Assembly (NCBI RefSeq): GCF_003018235.1
Contig: NZ_CP027437.1
Source: Escherichia coli
Lineage (GTDB): Bacteria > Pseudomonadota > Gammaproteobacteria > Enterobacterales > Enterobacteriaceae
Strand: one strand, 5' to 3'
Length of the DNA: 64,000 nucleotides
Shown: in pieces, positions 53,661 through 64,000 of the stretch
How positions within the stretch are numbered: the first letter of the stretch is position 1
How the letters are laid out: each line of letters begins with the position of its first letter
The notes under the pieces: model-generated
The model's input: the letters and a program-made list of their open reading frames with translations, nothing else
Database searches by the model: none
What the model was told of the DNA's origin: nothing
Position numbers and translations under genes: made by a program

Positions 53661-55163
53661 TTACGCCGCAATGGCGTTCATGATCGCCGGAACGGAAAGC
53701 TCTGCCAGCGGGATCTCCGCCACCTGTTTGCGATCGCGCATGATAATCACCCGGTCGGCATAGCCCACCAGCTCTTCCAGTTCAGAGGAGATCACCAGCA
53801 GCGCCAGACCATCAGCGCACAGCGTTTCAATCAGGCGGATGATCTCGGCATGCGCACCAACGTCAATGCCGCGCGTTGGCTCATCGAGGATCAGAAATTG
53901 CGGTCGGGTCAGTAGCCAACGTGAAAGCAACACTTTTTGCTGATTGCCGCCGGAGAGAAATTCAATCGGTTGTTCAGTTGAAGGTGTGCGAATGCCAAGC
54001 TGGCGGATAAAGCGTTGGGCAATCTCTTGCTGTTCTTTGCGGGAAATCGGTCGTAGCCAGCCGCGCTGGGCCTGGAGAGCGAGGATGATATTTTCCCGCA
54101 CCGAGGCGGCGGCGATAATGCCATCGGTTTTCCTGTCTTCCGGGCAGAAGCCAATGCCAAGAACCGAAGCCTGATGTGGCGAGCGTAGCGTTTGCGCTTT
54201 GCCTTTTATCAACGCCGTGCCGCTATCAGCAGGTTTGATACCGAAGATCACTTCGGCGGTTTCGGTACGTCCTGATCCCAGCAAGCCTGCCAGACCGACG
54301 ATCTCGCCGGGGCGTACTTCGAGATCAAACGGTGCGATCGTTCCTTTTTTGCCGTAATTTTTGAACGCGGCAACGGGTTTGTCGCTCAGCAATGTTCGTC
54401 CGGCACGCTGTAGCGCGTGGGTGTCCAGCTCGCGCCCCAGCATCATTTTTACCAGTTCGATCTGCGGTAGCTCGCGGGTTTCCCGACAGCCTACGAAACT
54501 GCCGTTGCGTAAGACGGTGATCCGATCGCTGACCTGATAGACCTGATCGAGAAAGTGAGTGACAAAGATCAGGCTGACGCCGCGATCGCGCAACTGACGC
54601 ATCAGGCCAAACAGTAACTCTACTTCCTGAGTGTCGAGGCTGGCGGTGGGTTCATCGAGGATCAGCACTTTGGCAGAGAGATCGATAGCCCGGCAAATGG
54701 CGACGATTTGCTGCATCGCGACTGAAAAGCGGTTGAGCGGTTCCCGCACGTCGAGAGAGAAACCGTAAGATGCCATCAGTTCGGTGGCGCGCTTTTCCAT
54801 CTCTTTACGGCGTAGAAGGCCGAAACGTTTGGGTTCGCGACCTATGAATAGATTATCAGCGACCGACATATTGGGTAGCAGGTTGACTTCCTGATAGACG
54901 GTGCCGATGCCGAGTTGTTGTGCGTGGGCGGTATTTTTCGGTGAGATAGTCTGGCCTTCCAGCCAGATGGTGCCACGATCGGCGTGGTAGACACCGGTTA
55001 ATGCTTTGATTAGCGTTGATTTTCCCGCCCCGTTTTCACCGAGCAGCGCCATAATTTCGCCACAGCGCAGGCTGAAATCAACGTTGTCTAACGCTTTGAC
55101 GCCGGGGAAAAATTTACTTAATCCTTCGGTGCGGAGGATTTCCTGGTGTTGGTTAGTATTCAT
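53661..55163 (-). CDS. ytfR: Galactofuranose ABC transporter ATP-binding protein YtfR
   Basis: 500 aa from ATG 55163. Two ABC cassettes (GENGAGKST; LSGGNQQK). Confidence 0.95.
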   Translation of the reverse strand: MNTNQHQEILRTEGLSKFFPGVKALDNVDFSLRCGEIMALLGENGAGKSTLIKALTGVYHADRGTIWLEGQTISPKNTAHAQQLGIGTVYQEVNLLPNMSVADNLFIGREPKRFGLLRRKEMEKRATELMASYGFSLDVREPLNRFSVAMQQIVAICRAIDLSAKVLILDEPTASLDTQEVELLFGLMRQLRDRGVSLIFVTHFLDQVYQVSDRITVLRNGSFVGCRETRELPQIELVKMMLGRELDTHALQRAGRTLLSDKPVAAFKNYGKKGTIAPFDLEVRPGEIVGLAGLLGSGRTETAEVIFGIKPADSGTALIKGKAQTLRSPHQASVLGIGFCPEDRKTDGIIAAASVRENIILALQAQRGWLRPISRKEQQEIAQRFIRQLGIRTPSTEQPIEFLSGGNQQKVLLSRWLLTRPQFLILDEPTRGIDVGAHAEIIRLIETLCADGLALLVISSELEELVGYADRVIIMRDRKQVAEIPLAELSVPAIMNAIAA

Positions 55164-55187
55164 AGTTTCCCCCGTTGTAAAGCGTGC

Positions 55188-55290
55188 GCCAGATAAGACA
55201 CAACTGCGTCGCATCAGGCATCTCGCACAACCGCCGGATGCGGCGTGAATGCCTTATCCGGCGGCCCACAAGTCGGCATCAGGCATTGAT
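55188..55290. repeat. REP/BIME cluster
   Basis: gccagataagacacaactgcgtcgcatcaggca and gccggatgcggcgtgaatgccttatccggc, followed by a ggcatcaggcattgatgcc hairpin. Confidence 0.7.
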
Positions 55291-55295
55291 GCCCC

Positions 55296-56252
55296 TCAAT
55301 ACCCCATGTTTTTCTTCTTCTCTAACTCTTCTTTTGCGGTATCAGGCAGGTAAAGGGTGGACTTGGTCAGCGTCAGCTTTTCAGGCATGGTGCCGTCTTT
55401 TTTGTATTTCTCCAGCGCGTCGAAAGCAGGACCTGCCATGTTCGGCGTCAGTTCAACACTGGCGTTCGCTTCGCCATCAATCATCGCTTTGTAGATATCC
55501 GGTACGCCATCAATGGAACCCGTGAGGATATCTTTACCCGGCTTCAGGCCCGCTTCTTTAATTGCCTGAATTGCGCCAATCACCATGTCATCGTTATGGG
55601 CGTAAACCATGCAGATGTTTTTGCCGTTGTTTTCTGCTTTGATAAAGCTCTCCATGACTTCTTTGCCTTTACTGCGGGTGAAGTCACCTGACTGCGAGCG
55701 GATAATTTTGATGTTTGGCGCATTCTTAATGGCTTCGGCAAAGCCTTTCTTACGGTCAATGGCGACGCTGGCCCCAACAGTGCCCTGCAACTCCACCACG
55801 TTGCATGGTTTGCCATTCACTTCTTTTACCAGCCAGTCACCAATCAACTTGCCTTCGAGGATGTTGTCGGCGGTGACAGTGGTCATATAGAGAGATTTGT
55901 CTTTCACATCGATGGAACGGTCAAGCAAGAAGACCGGGATTTCGGCATCTTTCGCCTCTTTTAATACCGGCTCCCAACCCGTCGCTACCACCGGAGCGAT
56001 AAAGATCGCATCCACCCCTTGCGCGACGAAGGAACGTACCGCTTTAATCTGGTTTTCCTGCTTTTGCTGACCATCGGCAATTTTCAACGTAATTCCGCGC
56101 TTTTCGGCTTCACTTTTCGCCACATTGGTTTCTGCGGCGCGCCAGCCGGATTCCGATCCGACCTGCGAAAATCCAACGGTTAATGGAGCGGCCAACGCCA
56201 TAGACGACATGGCTGCCGAGACTGCAGAGACTACAAGTAAGCGTTTCCACAT
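55296..56252 (-). CDS. ytfQ: Galactofuranose-binding periplasmic protein YtfQ
   Basis: 318 aa with signal peptide MWKRLLVVSAVSAAMSSMALA. Confidence 0.96.
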   Translation of the reverse strand: MWKRLLVVSAVSAAMSSMALAAPLTVGFSQVGSESGWRAAETNVAKSEAEKRGITLKIADGQQKQENQIKAVRSFVAQGVDAIFIAPVVATGWEPVLKEAKDAEIPVFLLDRSIDVKDKSLYMTTVTADNILEGKLIGDWLVKEVNGKPCNVVELQGTVGASVAIDRKKGFAEAIKNAPNIKIIRSQSGDFTRSKGKEVMESFIKAENNGKNICMVYAHNDDMVIGAIQAIKEAGLKPGKDILTGSIDGVPDIYKAMIDGEANASVELTPNMAGPAFDALEKYKKDGTMPEKLTLTKSTLYLPDTAKEELEKKKNMGY

Positions 56253-56561
56253 AGGGTTGTCCTCGTCGGGGTAATTATTATTGGTGAAAAGATGTTCGCG
56301 AAAAAACTATAGACAATTCGTTATGTAACGGATTGCGTTACATCACACTTCAAAAAAGTAAATAAAACGTTAATCACAAGTTTGTAATCGCTTTCATCTC
56401 ACTATGAAAAATGCGGCTACGGTTATGGATTTTCCTGCTCTTTAAACCATCTTAAAACTGGCTAAAAAGGAAAATGAAGAAGAAAACAAGCGAAGACATT
56501 CGGCGCGAGTTGGCTATAATACTCGGCACTTGTTTGCCACATATTTTTAAAGGAAACAGAC

Positions 56562-57092
56562 ATGAGCTTACTCAACGTCCCTGCGGGTAAAGATCTGCCG
56601 GAAGACATCTACGTTGTTATTGAGATCCCGGCTAACGCAGATCCGATCAAATACGAAATCGACAAAGAGAGCGGCGCACTGTTCGTTGACCGCTTCATGT
56701 CCACCGCGATGTTCTATCCGTGCAACTACGGTTACATCAACCACACCCTGTCTCTGGACGGTGACCCGGTTGACGTACTGGTCCCGACTCCGTACCCGCT
56801 GCAGCCGGGTTCTGTGATCCGTTGCCGTCCGGTTGGCGTTCTGAAAATGACCGACGAAGCCGGTGAAGATGCGAAACTGGTTGCGGTTCCGCACAGCAAG
56901 CTGAGCAAAGAATACGATCACATTAAAGACGTTAACGATCTGCCTGAACTGCTGAAAGCACAGATCGCTCACTTCTTCGAGCACTACAAAGACCTCGAAA
57001 AAGGCAAGTGGGTGAAAGTTGAAGGCTGGGAAAACGCAGAAGCCGCTAAAGCTGAAATCGTTGCCTCCTTCGAGCGCGCAAAGAATAAATAA
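56562..57092 (+). CDS. ppa: Inorganic pyrophosphatase
   Basis: 176 aa ([35 protein letters not shown]...). Confidence 0.98.
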   Translation: MSLLNVPAGKDLPEDIYVVIEIPANADPIKYEIDKESGALFVDRFMSTAMFYPCNYGYINHTLSLDGDPVDVLVPTPYPLQPGSVIRCRPVGVLKMTDEAGEDAKLVAVPHSKLSKEYDHIKDVNDLPELLKAQIAHFFEHYKDLEKGKWVKVEGWENAEAAKAEIVASFERAKNK

Positions 57093-57170
57093 GTTCTTCT
57101 AGCGTAATAACCCTGAACGCCGGGCTTCGGTTAGTAGGGGTTTTTTATGCCCGCGATAAATAAACACACC

Positions 57171-57521
57171 TTATTCCACCACCGCCTGCAAACGTAATAA
57201 CGCCTCTTCCACCACCTCACCCGCAGCCAGACCAATACGCTTTGCCAGCCGGGCGCGTAGATCCATCATCCGCACCTGATTCACCAGCACCACGCCGTGC
57301 ACATCGCCTTCTTCGCAATGTAAAGGAACGCTAAATCCGGCATAACGGGCAAAATTTCCGCCCTGCGTAATGGGGGCCACCAGCGTCATTCCCAGTTGAT
57401 TAAAGGCTTGAACGGAGAGCACAAGCGCAGGTCGACCAGCACCTTGCTGTTCATGGCCGCTTGCTGGATCAAAGCCAACCAGCACAATGTCTCCCCGTTC
57501 AAATTCACTTTTCTTTACCAT
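57171..57521 (-). CDS. chpB: ChpB (ChpBK) MazF-family endoribonuclease toxin
   Basis: 116 aa (MVKKSEFERGDIVLVGFDPASGHEQQGAGRPALVLS...). Confidence 0.96.
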   Translation of the reverse strand: MVKKSEFERGDIVLVGFDPASGHEQQGAGRPALVLSVQAFNQLGMTLVAPITQGGNFARYAGFSVPLHCEEGDVHGVVLVNQVRMMDLRARLAKRIGLAAGEVVEEALLRLQAVVE

Positions 57522-57766
57522 ATTTCGTCACCCGCAGGGGTGGATTTACCCCAGACATCCTGCTCGCTAAGTTCCGTGGCGTTCATGTCACACTGTGCCA
57601 GCAGTTCATCAAGCGAGTAGCGCCTGGAGATGGGTGTCAGAATCAGTTGATTGTTGCTCACTTGCGCCTCCACGCTCTGCCCCGGCCGTAAGTTAAGTTC
57701 TTTCATCACAACATTAGGAATGACCATACCTGAACTATTCCCCCATCTTTTTATGGTAATACGCAT
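57515..57766 (-). CDS. chpS: ChpS antitoxin (AbrB/MazE fold)
   Basis: 83 aa from ATG 57766 (MRITIKRWGNSSGMVIPN...). AAGGAGG upstream. Overlaps the chpB start. Confidence 0.95.
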   Translation of the reverse strand: MRITIKRWGNSSGMVIPNVVMKELNLRPGQSVEAQVSNNQLILTPISRRYSLDELLAQCDMNATELSEQDVWGKSTPAGDEIW

Positions 57767-57938
57767 CTGCACCTCCTTAAGTTATACAAAGTATAACTCA
57801 CGGTGCTACAGGAAACGTTTTACCCCTGCGCATTTGTGAACGCCAGCAGAGTTTTTTATGCGTTAACAGATATGGAAAGCGGCTCGGAGAGAAAAGCAAA
57901 AGGTGAGGGAATTACAAAACAGAATGCGAGTCGTCTCG

Positions 57939-57967
57939 CAAAAAACAACGCCACCCGAAGGTGGCGT
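57939..57967 (-). terminator. Rho-independent terminator after ytfP
   Basis: On the minus strand, acgccaccttcgggtggcgt forms a hairpin followed by tgtttttt. Confidence 0.75.
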
Positions 57968-57977
57968 ATGCATATGG

Positions 57978-58319
57978 TTACTTATCCCTGTCTAACCAGT
58001 CGCCGCTTTCAATTAGCTTTAATCCATCGACGGGTCGTTGATAAACGTACATCCATGCACTCCCGTACGGCGTCTGAATCAACTGGCGCGCGTATTCACC
58101 GCCCCTGGTGCGCAAGGCATCAAGTTCGGCCAGCGTGGCGTTGTCAATACGATAAACTTCACCGTGTACTGTTCCGTTCCCCGGAACTGCGCCTGGATAG
58201 TGGCCCAGGCTATACAACTGGTAGTTATCGATACTGAAATCGCCCAGTAACTGGGCATTGGTCATCCAGTGACTGTTGCCTTGTTTGTGGCGTAAACTGC
58301 CGTAGACAAATATTCGCAT
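57978..58319 (-). CDS. ytfP: Gamma-glutamylcyclotransferase-family protein YtfP
   Basis: 113 aa (MRIFVYGSLRHKQGNSHWMTNAQLLG...). Confidence 0.94.
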   Translation of the reverse strand: MRIFVYGSLRHKQGNSHWMTNAQLLGDFSIDNYQLYSLGHYPGAVPGNGTVHGEVYRIDNATLAELDALRTRGGEYARQLIQTPYGSAWMYVYQRPVDGLKLIESGDWLDRDK

Positions 58320-58321
58320 TG

Positions 58322-63873
<5,552 letters not shown>

Positions 63874-64000
63874 TTAAACGGCTTAACAAAAATCCAGTAA
63901 TATGGATTAAAAAGCAGACTAAACCCCAAATATTTCTTATGTTTTACTTTAGACCTATTCACAGCGGTTATTGTGTGCAAATACGCCTCTTGTTACAACC

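Overview
This window is Escherichia coli chromosome. It is colinear with the K-12 96-97 min region but reverse-complemented relative to K-12. Gene order is nanM-nanS, the leuX tRNA island, ahr, yjgR, lptGF, pepA, holC, valS, yjgN, yjgM, rraB, argI, yjgL, tabA, bdcRA, yjgH, pyrLBI, ridA, mgtLA, treRBC, nrdDG, cybC, pmbA, yjgA, mpl, fbp, yjfF-ytfTRQ, ppa, chpSB, ytfP, tamBA. Nearly all core proteins are full length and recognisable by eye. Three accessory insertions interrupt the core. (1) A roughly 10.9 kb island (about 2311-13196) lies next to tRNA-Leu leuX and carries a P4-type integrase. Its cargo is visibly AT-rich and holds two candidate defence operons plus several decayed genes. (2) An IS621-type IS110-family element, with its bridge-RNA region, is inserted in a REP sequence between ridA and mgtA. 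(3) A RelE/RelB-like toxin-antitoxin pair abuts the nrdG stop codon. The best candidate for a new system is at 5709-9021. It is an 845-aa protein fusing an HsdM-like N6-adenine methyltransferase domain (motif IV reads FPPF, not canonical) to a Septu PtuA-type ATPase, and it is translationally coupled to a PtuB-type (TIGR02646-like) HNH nuclease. No HsdS, HsdR or reverse transcriptase is nearby. The convergent neighbouring operon (9082-11548) pairs a YejK/NA37-like nucleoid-associated-protein homologue with a 477-aa protein ending in transmembrane helices, and is a second uncharacterised candidate. All domain calls come from motif reading by eye. No HMM, BLAST or composition computation was run, and novelty cannot be established without database searches.
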